This document shows positions 31,311 to 40,334 of a DNA stretch of 64,000 bases, in pieces. Positions within the stretch are counted from its first letter, which is position 1; every line of letters starts with the position of its first letter. The translations under genes were made by a program, and so were the position numbers. The notes under the pieces are model-generated. The model searched no databases, had not been told where the DNA came from, and saw nothing but the letters and a program-made list of their open reading frames with translations. Source of the DNA: Alphaproteobacteria bacterium (GTDB taxonomy: Bacteria; Pseudomonadota; Alphaproteobacteria; GCA-2746255); assembly GCA_965249135.1 (NCBI GenBank), contig OZ252220.1, positions 416,001 through 480,000 on the forward strand, written 5' to 3'.

Positions 31311-32189
31311 ACCTCGGTCCACGACCAGGCGGAAGCCGATCAGGATGTGTTTGAGATTCCCCGGCCGCGGGTGCCAGGCGGCCGGCCGGCAGATGCCGCA
31401 GCCCTTGTCGTCCCACGAGCCACCACCTTTGACAAGGATGCGTTTCTGACCCGTGGCCGTCAGATCCTTGCCCACCAGCGTCTGCGTCCATTCGAACACT
31501 TGCCCTGCGGCATCCAGCATGCCGTAAGGGCTTGCCCCTTCCGGAAAGCTGCCGACCGGCATCGTGTCGAAGGGGCCAAGATCGTGGGTGTTCGCAAGTT
31601 CGGGCTGCCACACGTCTCCCCAGGGAAAGCGCCTTCCGTCCGTGCCGCGGGCCGCCTTTTCCCATTCCCTTGCCGTCGGCAGCCGCCACCGAAGACCGGT
31701 GCGAAGCGTCAGCCAACGGGCATAGAACTGGGCGTCGTCATAACTGACGAGGACGACGGGATGGTCTTCCCGGCCCTTGGGCGGCTTGCCATCGGCCCAA
31801 GCATGGCGGTGGGTACGCGCGTAAGGGTGGACCAGCCCGAACTGTTTCCAGGTTTCCGGCCGCACGTCCGGGGGCGGGTGGCCGGTATCGGTGATGAAGG
31901 CCGCATATTGGGCATTCGTGATCGGCGTCGTCGTAATGAAAAAGCCGGGCGTGGTAAGTTCCCGGCGCTCGACCTCGTTTTCGTACCACGCCGCCTGGCG
32001 CGTCCGGCTGTGCCCGTAGGCGGCTTCGTCGAGCGCGTAGGCCGCCTCGCGCTCGGCGCTCTCAGAGCCGAGCAGGAAGGGACCCGCCGGCACCTGGGTA
32101 AGTTCCGGTGCAGGCACCTGCGGTTCGCACCCAACCAGCACGAGCGTGAGGAAAAGTGAAAAGAAAGCGAGCGGTCGTCGGCACCTCAT
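31302..32189 (-). CDS. Formylglycine-generating enzyme (SUMF1/EgtB/PvdO) family lipoprotein
   Basis: Lipobox LVGC; ITNAQY, HPVVLVSYDDA, RLPTAREWEKAARG, FPWG, AGQVFEW, GGSW, GFRL. Confidence 0.88.
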   Translation of the reverse strand: MRCRRPLAFFSLFLTLVLVGCEPQVPAPELTQVPAGPFLLGSESAEREAAYALDEAAYGHSRTRQAAWYENEVERRELTTPGFFITTTPITNAQYAAFITDTGHPPPDVRPETWKQFGLVHPYARTHRHAWADGKPPKGREDHPVVLVSYDDAQFYARWLTLRTGLRWRLPTAREWEKAARGTDGRRFPWGDVWQPELANTHDLGPFDTMPVGSFPEGASPYGMLDAAGQVFEWTQTLVGKDLTATGQKRILVKGGGSWDDKGCGICRPAAWHPRPGNLKHILIGFRLVVDRGSR

Positions 32190-32683
32190 TCCGGTTGGGG
32201 CTCCCATTCCCAGGGCGGCACGAAACGGCCTTTCCAAAGGCCATGCCGTTGCTTCTTTGCGTTGGTTTCGATGGCGGCGTAATCGGAAGGGATGCTTGGG
32301 TCGGCCAGCGCCCAGCCGGTGTGCACCATGTTCGCGCCGATATCGAAGCCGCCTGCGTAACAAACGGCGACGGTTTCCTCAAAGTGCGTGTCCGCCTTTT
32401 CCCGGCAGACGACCTTAGCGCCGGCAATCAGGTCCATCATGGCGGTCCTGGCGATTTGGCCGCAGGCGACGGTCTTGTTCGACCATTCGCATGTCTGTTT
32501 CAGGTGAGGGGCAGCGATGCCGTAAAGGCGGATCGGTTTGCCGTCGAGTTCCAGATGGCTGCCATCAAACACGCGCGCATCCCCTTCGAGTTCCGCTGCG
32601 ACGAGCGCAGAGGCAAACAACAGAAAAAGCAGGCTCAAGCAGAAGAACTTCAAGATGTGCCACTCCAAGCGATCGGATCGCAT
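32186..32683 (-). CDS. Thermonuclease (SNase-like) family protein
   Basis: IRLYGIAAP, Q-T-C...CG, MVHTGWA, GLWKG..PWEW; catalytic residues look degenerate; start uncertain. Confidence 0.8.
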   Translation of the reverse strand: MRSDRLEWHILKFFCLSLLFLLFASALVAAELEGDARVFDGSHLELDGKPIRLYGIAAPHLKQTCEWSNKTVACGQIARTAMMDLIAGAKVVCREKADTHFEETVAVCYAGGFDIGANMVHTGWALADPSIPSDYAAIETNAKKQRHGLWKGRFVPPWEWEPQPE

Positions 32684-32696
32684 GCCCCAACTTAGC

Positions 32697-32720
32697 AAAA
32701 AAAGCCCCGCCGAAGCGGGG
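32697..32720 (-). terminator. Putative intrinsic terminator
   Basis: CCCCGC-cgaa-GCGGGG preceded by an A-run on the plus strand. Confidence 0.55.
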
Positions 32721-32770
32721 AAGTTTATTCCCACAATTTTCTAGGGGGCGATGAAAATCGGGTTGGCCTT

Positions 32771-33112
32771 CTAGTTCATTTCCGTCTTTTGGCCGTATTT
32801 TTCCTGAACCTGGTGACGCACCGTGTCGAACGAGGCATAGGGGCTCTTCAAACTAGCTTCAGGCCTTGAAGGCATGGACGATTCCTTCTTCGTCATTGGG
32901 TCCTCTTTTGCCTTGCGTCCATAATTCCGCTGGACCTGATGGCGCGCCATGTCGATCGAGGTGAAGGGAGACTTCAAAGATTCCATGCTTTCGGTTGGGG
33001 CCGGCATCCCCAGGGCAGGACTGGCGGGAAGCGTTAAGCCGATGCCGGCCATGCCGATGGCCAGCGCGCCCGCCAGCAGCATCGGTTTCAAGGGTCGTTT
33101 CGTGGTCATCAT
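32771..33112 (-). CDS. Secreted hypothetical protein with two ~21-aa internal repeats
   Basis: Signal peptide; SLKSPFTSIDMARHQVQRNYG / SLKSPYASFDTVRHQVQEKYG; GGAG RBS. Confidence 0.65.
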   Translation of the reverse strand: MMTTKRPLKPMLLAGALAIGMAGIGLTLPASPALGMPAPTESMESLKSPFTSIDMARHQVQRNYGRKAKEDPMTKKESSMPSRPEASLKSPYASFDTVRHQVQEKYGQKTEMN

Positions 33113-33298
33113 TTTCAACTCCACTCTTTTCGGCTGCCGCCCGGGCTTAAAGCGTGCGCCCGGCGGCAAGTCTGAGGATTTCCGCGCTTGTCTCTTAGAT
33201 GTCGCGGGTGCGGGAATCGGCCAAACACAACGGTTCACAAGGCTGTGTGAACGGCGTGATCGATTGCAGGGTGCGAAGAAGCGGGAAGGGGGCTTGGA

Positions 33299-34324
33299 CT
33301 ACCTGCCGTCGATCATTTCTTCGACTTCCTGGATTTTCTCGATCCCCTGGAGCATTTCCGTGGTGATGAAGGCGACCCGCTCCATCGGGCCGCCGGCGTG
33401 ACGGTCGGGAAAGAGTTAGTTCCAGGCGTTCATCTTCACGGCAAGCGTGCAAAGCGAACCGCCGATCACCGTGTGGTAGCCCTTGATCAGTTTTTCGACC
33501 TGCCGGAAGCGTTCCGCCGTGATGTTTTCCATACCCTTCGTCTCGGCATCGAACTCATCGAAACGCTCGGTGACGGCGTCCATGAGCTTGCGAACCGTAA
33601 GCTCGATCTTGTCGGCGGCGTTTTGCAGGGTCGTATTGTTCTGGAATTGGCGTTTGCGGCGAATCTCGTTCATCGATTTCAGAAATTCCGTCACCGTCGG
33701 CTGGATTTGCTCCGTGCATTGACGGAAGTAGTAGACGGAAAGGAAGGTATCTCCATAATCCTCCAGGAAATCCGGGACCTCCGTGAGATCGATGTCGAGC
33801 TTCTTGGCCAGCGTTTTCAGTTTTTCCTTCGCATGCTCGACGGAAGGTTTGCGGAAAAGAATGATGACGTCTTCGTAATCCTGAAACGTCATGTCGCCTT
33901 CGCCATAGGTTTGAACGATAAGTGGGCGCGTGAAGTCACGCATGTACTGGGTCAACTCTTCCTTCTTGCGGTCGGAAAGTTTGAGTTCGGTGTAATCCGT
34001 CACCGGGATGTCGTAGCGGCGAAAGAGAATACGGAGCGTATAGACGTCGTAGCTCGGCAGATCGGTGAGGCGGCCAAGCAGCACCCGATCCGGGTGTGTG
34101 GAATCGGCCGGCCAGCCGAAAGCCTTGCCGACCGACTCGATCGGGACCTGGCCGCCACCGATACCCTTCCCCTTGTAGATTTCGACGACGGTTTTCAGGC
34201 GCACATTCTTGATCAGGCGTGCGCTCTGCATGGCCGGCGTCTTGAAGGGGACCAACGCAAGGGGAAGGAAGTAAAGCGAATCCCGATCAACGTCCGGTAT
34301 GGATTCTGTATTTTGCTTTGCCAT
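33299..34324 (-). pseudogene. Hypothetical protein with premature in-frame TAA at 33416-33418
   Basis: 302-aa ORF continues in frame after TAA as LFPDRHAGGPMERVAFITTEMLQGIEKIQEVEEMIDGR to TAG at 33299-33301 with normal codon usage. Confidence 0.6.
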
Positions 34325-34342
34325 TAAACGCCCGGTTTGGCT

Positions 34343-34627
34343 TCAGCCGACGACCGTGACCCCTTTCCAGAATGCGACGTGGCCCTTGATGTTCTCCGCC
34401 GCCTCCTTGGGCTCGGGATAGTACCATGCCGCGTCGTGGTTCGTTTCTCCATCCACGACGACGTCGTAGTAATGGGCGGTTCCCTTCCAGGGACAGGTGC
34501 TCGTCGTTGCACTTTCGCGGAAGCAATCCGCCTTCAACGCCTGGGGCGGGAAGTAGACATTTCCTTCGACCGTTTCAAATTTCTCGGTTTCGGCGACGAC
34601 GGTGTCCTTCCAGACGGCTTTCGGCAT
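34343..34627 (-). CDS. DUF427 family protein
   Basis: VEGNVYFP, CPWKGTAHYY, AAWYYPEP, VAFW. Confidence 0.92.
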   Translation of the reverse strand: MPKAVWKDTVVAETEKFETVEGNVYFPPQALKADCFRESATTSTCPWKGTAHYYDVVVDGETNHDAAWYYPEPKEAAENIKGHVAFWKGVTVVG

Positions 34628-35158
34628 TTATTCCCCCGCGTCTTCCGTTTTCGGCTTCCATTCCGCAATCAATTGTTTTGCGCGTTCCAGTTCCTCAGGC
34701 TTTAGTTGCTGGCCGATGATGTCCCGGGCCGATTCGGCCTGGCCGCGGCCTTCGCTTTCCGGAAAAGACGCGGTTGCAATGCTCATCCACTTATACGCCT
34801 GGACGAGATCCCGCTCGACGCCCTCGCCAAGCTGGTACATGCGGCCCAGATTCAACTGCGCCGCCGCGTGACCCTGTTCGGCTGCCCGATGGAACCATTT
34901 TGCCGCTTTCACATGGTCCTGCGGCGCGTCTTCCCCGGTTAAGTAGACGAGGCCCAGGAACCACTGGGAGCGAATATCGCCCTTTTCCGCAGATGGGATG
35001 AGGGAATCCTCGACGTTTTCACCGGCAAATTGAGCTGGATCGGGTTCGAAAAGCCGCTTCGGCACGAAACCCATTTCGAAAAGACCCCAAACGAGGATGG
35101 CAGCAAGGACGACGATAAGGCCGATCAAGCCGGCCTTCTGCATCGTGGCATTGTCCAT
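34628..35158 (-). CDS. Sel1-repeat membrane-anchored protein
   Basis: N-terminal TM; AAKWFHRAAEQG, AQLNLGRMYQLGEGV, AYKW. Confidence 0.88.
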   Translation of the reverse strand: MDNATMQKAGLIGLIVVLAAILVWGLFEMGFVPKRLFEPDPAQFAGENVEDSLIPSAEKGDIRSQWFLGLVYLTGEDAPQDHVKAAKWFHRAAEQGHAAAQLNLGRMYQLGEGVERDLVQAYKWMSIATASFPESEGRGQAESARDIIGQQLKPEELERAKQLIAEWKPKTEDAGE

Positions 35159-35275
35159 TCATTCACCCTTCTCTTTATAGATGGATGCCTGCAAGTCCCC
35201 TTTGGTCGATGTATGCTATCACAGCTTCAAGGGGCCCTGGACAACACAAAAGCTTAAGCAAAAAGGGGGGAAGGC

Positions 35276-36013
35276 TTGAGGGTCCGCGATTCCATAGCCC
35301 TCGTTACGGGTGCCAATCAAGGGATCGGCCAGGCCTTTGTCGGATCGCTTTTGTCGGCGGGTGCGGCGAAGGTTTACGGCGCCGACCTCAACACGGATTG
35401 GCTGGAGGAAAAGGCAGCCGAGGAAAGCCGTCTTATCCCACTCGCCCTTGACATTCGGGATCAGGGCCGTGTGGCGAGCGTGGCCGAACGCCGCCCGGAC
35501 GTCGATCTGCTCATCAACAACGCCGCCATCACGCAACACACGGGCCTCATTCGGGCTCATTCGCTGGATCGGGCGCGCGCCATCATGAATACGAACTATT
35601 TCGGCACGCTTCATATGTGCCGCGCCTTCGCACCGATCCTGAAGGCGAATGGCGGCGGGATGATCGTGAACATTCTTTCGATCGCGGCCCTCGTCCACAT
35701 TCCAAGGGTAGGGGCCTACAGCGCATCGAAGGCGGCCGAGCTTTCGATGACCCAGGGCATTCGCGCCGAACTGGCCGGCCAGGGGACGAAGGTGCTCGCC
35801 GTCTTTGCAGGGCCCGTCGACACCGCCATCTCCGCCCATCGCCCACCACCGAAGGCACCGCCTTTAGAGATCGCGGAAACCACCTTGGGCGCGATCGAAG
35901 AGGAGATGGAAGCGCTCTATCCGGATGCGGTCGCAAAGGGGGTAGGTGCTGCGCTTGCCGAAGATCCGAAAGCAGTTGAGCGGCGCTTCGCCGCCCAGTT
36001 GCCCGAGGAGTAA
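35276..36013 (+). CDS. SDR family oxidoreductase
   Basis: TGANQGIG, NNA, YSASK. Confidence 0.92.
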   Translation: MRVRDSIALVTGANQGIGQAFVGSLLSAGAAKVYGADLNTDWLEEKAAEESRLIPLALDIRDQGRVASVAERRPDVDLLINNAAITQHTGLIRAHSLDRARAIMNTNYFGTLHMCRAFAPILKANGGGMIVNILSIAALVHIPRVGAYSASKAAELSMTQGIRAELAGQGTKVLAVFAGPVDTAISAHRPPPKAPPLEIAETTLGAIEEEMEALYPDAVAKGVGAALAEDPKAVERRFAAQLPEE

Positions 36014-36019
36014 GCCCAT

Positions 36020-37000
36020 ATGCGCGCCGCCTGGTATGAAGCGAACGGTCCGGCCCGAGACGTGCTCGAAGTGGGCGAGATGCCGACGCCGTCGGCCGGG
36101 CCCGGCGAGGTGCGGGTGCGCGTCCGCGCATCCGGGATCAATCCCTACGACGTGAAGGTCCGCGATGGTCATTACCAGAAGATGGCTTCCCCGCGGATCG
36201 TTCCCCATTGCGATGGGGCGGGCGTGATCGATGAAGTCGGTGAAGGTGTTTCGTCCGCGCGGCTCAATGAGCGGGTCTGGGTCTTCAATGCCCAATGGCA
36301 ACGCAGCAATGGCACGGCCGCCGAGTGGATCGTGTTGCCGCAGGCGTTGGCCGCCCCCTTGCCTGAGAATACGAGCTTTGCGGAAGGGGCGTGCCTCGGC
36401 ATCCCGGCGATGACCGCGCACAGGGCCGTCTACTCGGATGGTTTGGTGACGGGATTGACGGTGCTCGTGACGGGCGGCGCCGGCGGGGTCGGCCATTACG
36501 CGATCCAGCTTGCGAAGTGGGGCGGGGCGAAGGTGATCGCGACGGTAAGCGGGGAGGAAAAGGCAAAGATTGCCGCCGCCGCCGGTGCGGATCACGTGCT
36601 CAACTACCGGACGGAGGACGTCGCCGGACGCGTCACCGCGCTCACCGACGGCCAAGGCGTGGATCGGATTGTCGAGGTGGATTTTAGCGCTAACCTCAAA
36701 ACCTCGGGCCGCGTTCTCAAGGGCAACGGCGTGATCGCCACCTATGCCTCGATGACGGACCCGGAACCGAAGCTGCCTTTCTATTCTTTGATGTTCGGGA
36801 ATGTGAACCTTCGGCTCATTGCCGTCTTTCTGATTCCCTACGCCGCCCGCCGCCAGGCCGTCGGCGACATCACCCGATGCTGCAGGGAAGGGATCCTCAA
36901 GCACCGCACGAGGTGCCTGCCGCTCGATCGGATCGTCGAGGCCCACGAAGCGGTGGAATCCGGCGGCGAGCTCGACCGGGTGATCGTTGAGACGGCTTGA
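36020..37000 (+). CDS. NADPH:quinone reductase (MDR family)
   Basis: SGINPYDVKVR, PHCDGAG, GGAGGVG. Confidence 0.9.
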   Translation: MRAAWYEANGPARDVLEVGEMPTPSAGPGEVRVRVRASGINPYDVKVRDGHYQKMASPRIVPHCDGAGVIDEVGEGVSSARLNERVWVFNAQWQRSNGTAAEWIVLPQALAAPLPENTSFAEGACLGIPAMTAHRAVYSDGLVTGLTVLVTGGAGGVGHYAIQLAKWGGAKVIATVSGEEKAKIAAAAGADHVLNYRTEDVAGRVTALTDGQGVDRIVEVDFSANLKTSGRVLKGNGVIATYASMTDPEPKLPFYSLMFGNVNLRLIAVFLIPYAARRQAVGDITRCCREGILKHRTRCLPLDRIVEAHEAVESGGELDRVIVETA

Positions 37001-38569
37001 ATGGATTCGTTACGCATCTGGGCGTGGGTCTTTTTGTTCTTGTTCGTCCTCGTCATGGTCGGCTTCGGCTATTTGGGTCTGCGTCGCGTCCACAACAGCG
37101 ACCATTTCTCGACCGCGCGCGGAAGCTACGGCATCTGGTTTCTGGCCTTTGCGCTGACTGCAACCACTGCCTCGGGCGCCACCTTTCTCGGCATTCCGGG
37201 TCTTGGTTATCGATTCGGCCTTCCGGCGCTGGGCTACGCCCTAGTCTACCCTTTCGCAATTTACCTTGGAGTGTGGCTCTGTTTCAAGCAGGTGCGTCAC
37301 GCAGGCAATTATTTTGGCAATCGCTCAATCCCTGAATTTCTTGGCGATCGCTATCAGTCCGAAGCCTTGCGATTGATGGTGGCGTTGTTCTCCGTCGTGT
37401 TGCTGGTCTATTTGGCCGCCCAGTTGCTGGCGGGGCTTGTCATGTTCGAACAGACGCTCGGCCTGAGTGCCTTTTGGGGCCTTGCTGTCACGACCTTGGT
37501 GCTGCTGGCGTATGTGGTGATGGGAGGCGCCCATGCGGACATCATGACCGATGGCGTGCAAGGCGCAATGATGCTCGCTCTCGCCCTTTTGATCCTTGCG
37601 TTGTTTTTCTTAGGCGTTGGTGTTGATGGCCGACTACCAAGCGCCATCGACCGTCTGTCGGAGCTCGATCCCAAACTGGTCGCGGTTCACCACGAAGACT
37701 CTGCCGTGCTTGGTTCCCATTGGGCTTTCTGCGCCATCTTCTTCGCTCATTTTCCGCTCGGCATGCTGCCCCATATCGGGAACAAGATTTGGGCGCTCCA
37801 GGAAGGCATCGGTCGAACGCGGTTTCTACTCTTGTGCTTTGCGCTTGGCCTCACTCTCGCCTCCATGGCCTTCGGTGGCATCCTGGCACGCGCCGTCCTG
37901 GGCGATGACTTGCTGGCCGAGCCGGGCGGCCCGAATCAAGCCATCCCCGCACTCCTCATCGAGCTATTTCCCGCATGGCTGGCGGCGCTGCTCGGCATCG
38001 CCATCTTGTCGGCGATCCTGTCCACGGCAGATGGTCTGGCGATTTCCATATCCCAGGTTGCAGCGAACGACATCTACCGCCGTACGCTCGTCCGTGTGTT
38101 GCACCCCAAGGCCAGGGAGGCCGAGATCGACCGCAACGTGTTACTGATCAGCCGTTGGTCGGTCGTGGTCGTTCTCATCGGCGCGGCGGTGCTCGCCTGG
38201 CATTCCATCGGCCAGAATATCGCGCTGATGCTGTGGATTGGTCTGGGCGGGATGATGGCCGCCCTAGCCGGGCCATTGATGGTCGGCATCTTCTGGCGGG
38301 GAGTGACCAAGTTTGGTGCAATCTGGGGGTTCATCGCGGGCGGCATCGCCTTCGTCGTCCTGCAAAATGCCTGGTTGCCTGCAGGGGGCGTTGATGGGAA
38401 TGCCATCGCTCAGGCGTTGTCCTGGCTTGCAAGTCAGGCGGATAACCCCTTCGCTTGCACGGCGCTCGGCGAGGCGGCGTCCATTCTCGTCACCTTGGCC
38501 GTTTCATCGGTAACCGCGCCTCTGCCTAAAAAGCACGTGGATATAATTTTCGCGACCCCTTCCGCTTGA
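37001..38569 (+). CDS. Sodium:solute symporter family protein
   Basis: Many TM helices, ATTASGATFLGIPG, TDGVQG, AILSTADG. Confidence 0.9.
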   Translation: MDSLRIWAWVFLFLFVLVMVGFGYLGLRRVHNSDHFSTARGSYGIWFLAFALTATTASGATFLGIPGLGYRFGLPALGYALVYPFAIYLGVWLCFKQVRHAGNYFGNRSIPEFLGDRYQSEALRLMVALFSVVLLVYLAAQLLAGLVMFEQTLGLSAFWGLAVTTLVLLAYVVMGGAHADIMTDGVQGAMMLALALLILALFFLGVGVDGRLPSAIDRLSELDPKLVAVHHEDSAVLGSHWAFCAIFFAHFPLGMLPHIGNKIWALQEGIGRTRFLLLCFALGLTLASMAFGGILARAVLGDDLLAEPGGPNQAIPALLIELFPAWLAALLGIAILSAILSTADGLAISISQVAANDIYRRTLVRVLHPKAREAEIDRNVLLISRWSVVVVLIGAAVLAWHSIGQNIALMLWIGLGGMMAALAGPLMVGIFWRGVTKFGAIWGFIAGGIAFVVLQNAWLPAGGVDGNAIAQALSWLASQADNPFACTALGEAASILVTLAVSSVTAPLPKKHVDIIFATPSA

Positions 38570-38688
38570 CAAACGATCGAGCCAATCGACCGGGTTATCC
38601 TTGAAGCGGGCTGAATACGCCTGCATCGGACAGGCTTGAACGGCGGCCCGTTAACCGTTTCGTTATCTCGCCGTGGGATTCTTTGTCC

Positions 38689-38940
38689 ATGCCCAGACAA
38701 CTGCTGCATCTCGTTTTCGGGGGTCGCGTGACGGACACGCGGGGGCATCATTTCAAGGATATCGACAAGCTGCACACCGTCGGGATCTACTCCAACTACC
38801 GTGAGGCGTATGATGCCTGGCGGGGGGTCAGCCAGGCGACGGTCGACGATGCCTATATGAAATATGTGGTCGTCCACCTGCACCGGATGTTAGAACCGCA
38901 GAAAGAAGGCAAAAAGAAACGGAAAAAGAAAAAAGAATAA
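38689..38940 (+). CDS. DUF4170 family protein
   Basis: QLLHLVFGG, VGIY.NY..AYDAWRG.SQ.TVD, VHLHR. Confidence 0.85.
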   Translation: MPRQLLHLVFGGRVTDTRGHHFKDIDKLHTVGIYSNYREAYDAWRGVSQATVDDAYMKYVVVHLHRMLEPQKEGKKKRKKKKE

Positions 38941-38949
38941 ACGGCCTTC

Positions 38950-39660
38950 TCAGAGGCCGAGTGCCGTCAACGCCACTGGATACACCTTGCGCGCCCATAT
39001 TTCGTACATGTAATCTGACGGATTCTTCCGGTCATCGCTGAGAAAGGAAAGATCGTCGGCAGCCATACGGGAAAGACTCGTGATGTTGATGTAACGCACG
39101 CCCGAGTTGCTGCTTTCTTCCTCGTTGATCGCGTTGAAGCGGTCGATTTTCTTCCTGATTTTTTTTCTGTTCGGTACGTCTTTCGCCCGGATGACGGTCC
39201 AATCGGGTATCGACAACACGATGACGTGAGATGAATCGCCTTCGACAATAGCCTTCGCCTTGGTCAACAGACTAGCGAATTTAACCCGGTAGGTTTCCGT
39301 GTCCACGCCGGCAACGATGTCATCTCCACCGGCCTGCAACAGAACGAGATCATATTTTCCCATATATTCCGAGTTATCGATCTTTGCGGCCAAGCGCTCG
39401 GTTTGCATGCCTATCTCGGCGATGATGTGCGGATTGTTCGCCAGGACATTTTCCTCGCGAAAGATGATGATCATCTGTTGCGGCCAGCGGTCCGGCGGGA
39501 CGACATGGATTGGTACGGTGTGGCTATCGCCAAGGATCAGAAACTGATACGTGGGCGGCGGCGGCGATGGCCGTGTCGCCTCGAAGGATTCGCGAGCCGC
39601 GAAATAGCCAATGACGAGGACGGCCACAAGAACGAGGGAGCGGATGATTTTCTTCAGCAT
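38950..39660 (-). CDS. SGNH/GDSL hydrolase family protein
   Basis: LGDS block I, VLSIPDW; the catalytic DxxH is replaced by DRKN. Confidence 0.8.
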   Translation of the reverse strand: MLKKIIRSLVLVAVLVIGYFAARESFEATRPSPPPPTYQFLILGDSHTVPIHVVPPDRWPQQMIIIFREENVLANNPHIIAEIGMQTERLAAKIDNSEYMGKYDLVLLQAGGDDIVAGVDTETYRVKFASLLTKAKAIVEGDSSHVIVLSIPDWTVIRAKDVPNRKKIRKKIDRFNAINEEESSNSGVRYINITSLSRMAADDLSFLSDDRKNPSDYMYEIWARKVYPVALTALGL

Positions 39661-39709
39661 GGAAATTTGCGTCGCACCCTTAGGCGCACCTTGAGATGGG
39701 CGCGTTTCT

Positions 39710-39785
39710 GCCTGATTTCGGTCCGCCTGATTTCGGTCCGCCTGATTTCGGTCCGCCTGATTTCGGTCCGCCTGATTTCGGTCCG
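39710..39785. repeat. Perfect tandem repeat, 5 x 15 bp (GCCTGATTTCGGTCC)
   Basis: Five identical head-to-tail units with no spacers, intergenic. Confidence 0.95.
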
Positions 39786-39860
39786 ATAGAGAAGATCGAG
39801 GAAATTCGAGGAAATTCTAGGAAAATTTGCCCACAGACGCAAGGCGGGCCGAGGGTGAAA

Positions 39861-40148
39861 TTATTCTTCTGTGACTTCCGTGATGGAAGGCTCAGCGCGT
39901 GCCTCCGGTTTCGGGTAACACTCGACGTCGCTGAGCGTCCGGTAACAGTACTTTTCGCTATGGGTCTCCGTATAGCATTCCTCTCCACCCGCAACGACGC
40001 GGGTTGGATCGCAATTCGTGTATGCTACGACCGGCCGGCCCTGGTCATCGGCGGTCGCCTGTTTCGTGACTCTTGGCTTGAAGATATGCGAGCAGCCGAC
40101 AAGAAGGACGAAGGCAAGCGCGAGTGCCGTAAAGCGTATGGCCGGCAT
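39861..40148 (-). CDS. Small Cys-containing lipoprotein
   Basis: Lipobox LVGC; four further Cys including YCYRTLSDVECY. Confidence 0.7.
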   Translation of the reverse strand: MPAIRFTALALAFVLLVGCSHIFKPRVTKQATADDQGRPVVAYTNCDPTRVVAGGEECYTETHSEKYCYRTLSDVECYPKPEARAEPSITEVTEE

Positions 40149-40334
40149 GGGCGAACACCTAAATTCCTGGAATTCTGCGAATTTTTGCCCAGGAATCATC
40201 AAGAAAGCGTTAACTTCTGGCGTGCCCGAACGGCCCGTTCCCGGCCGAAAGGACGGCAATCGGCGTGGCCGGTTGCCTAGCCCCCTGGAACCAAGGAAAC
40301 TGATCGAAACGAAGGCGAGGGGATAAAAATCAAG

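Noticed and set aside
39710-39785. CRISPR array
   Set aside because: Units are 15 bp, contiguous and have no spacers; no cas genes in the window
28641-40150. Integrative element or prophage at tRNA-Lys
   Set aside because: No integrase, phage genes or duplicated tRNA 3' end seen; composition looks host-like
40199-40214. CtrA-like site TCAA-N7-TTAAC upstream of the small lipoprotein
   Set aside because: Single mismatched hit, too weak without conservation data
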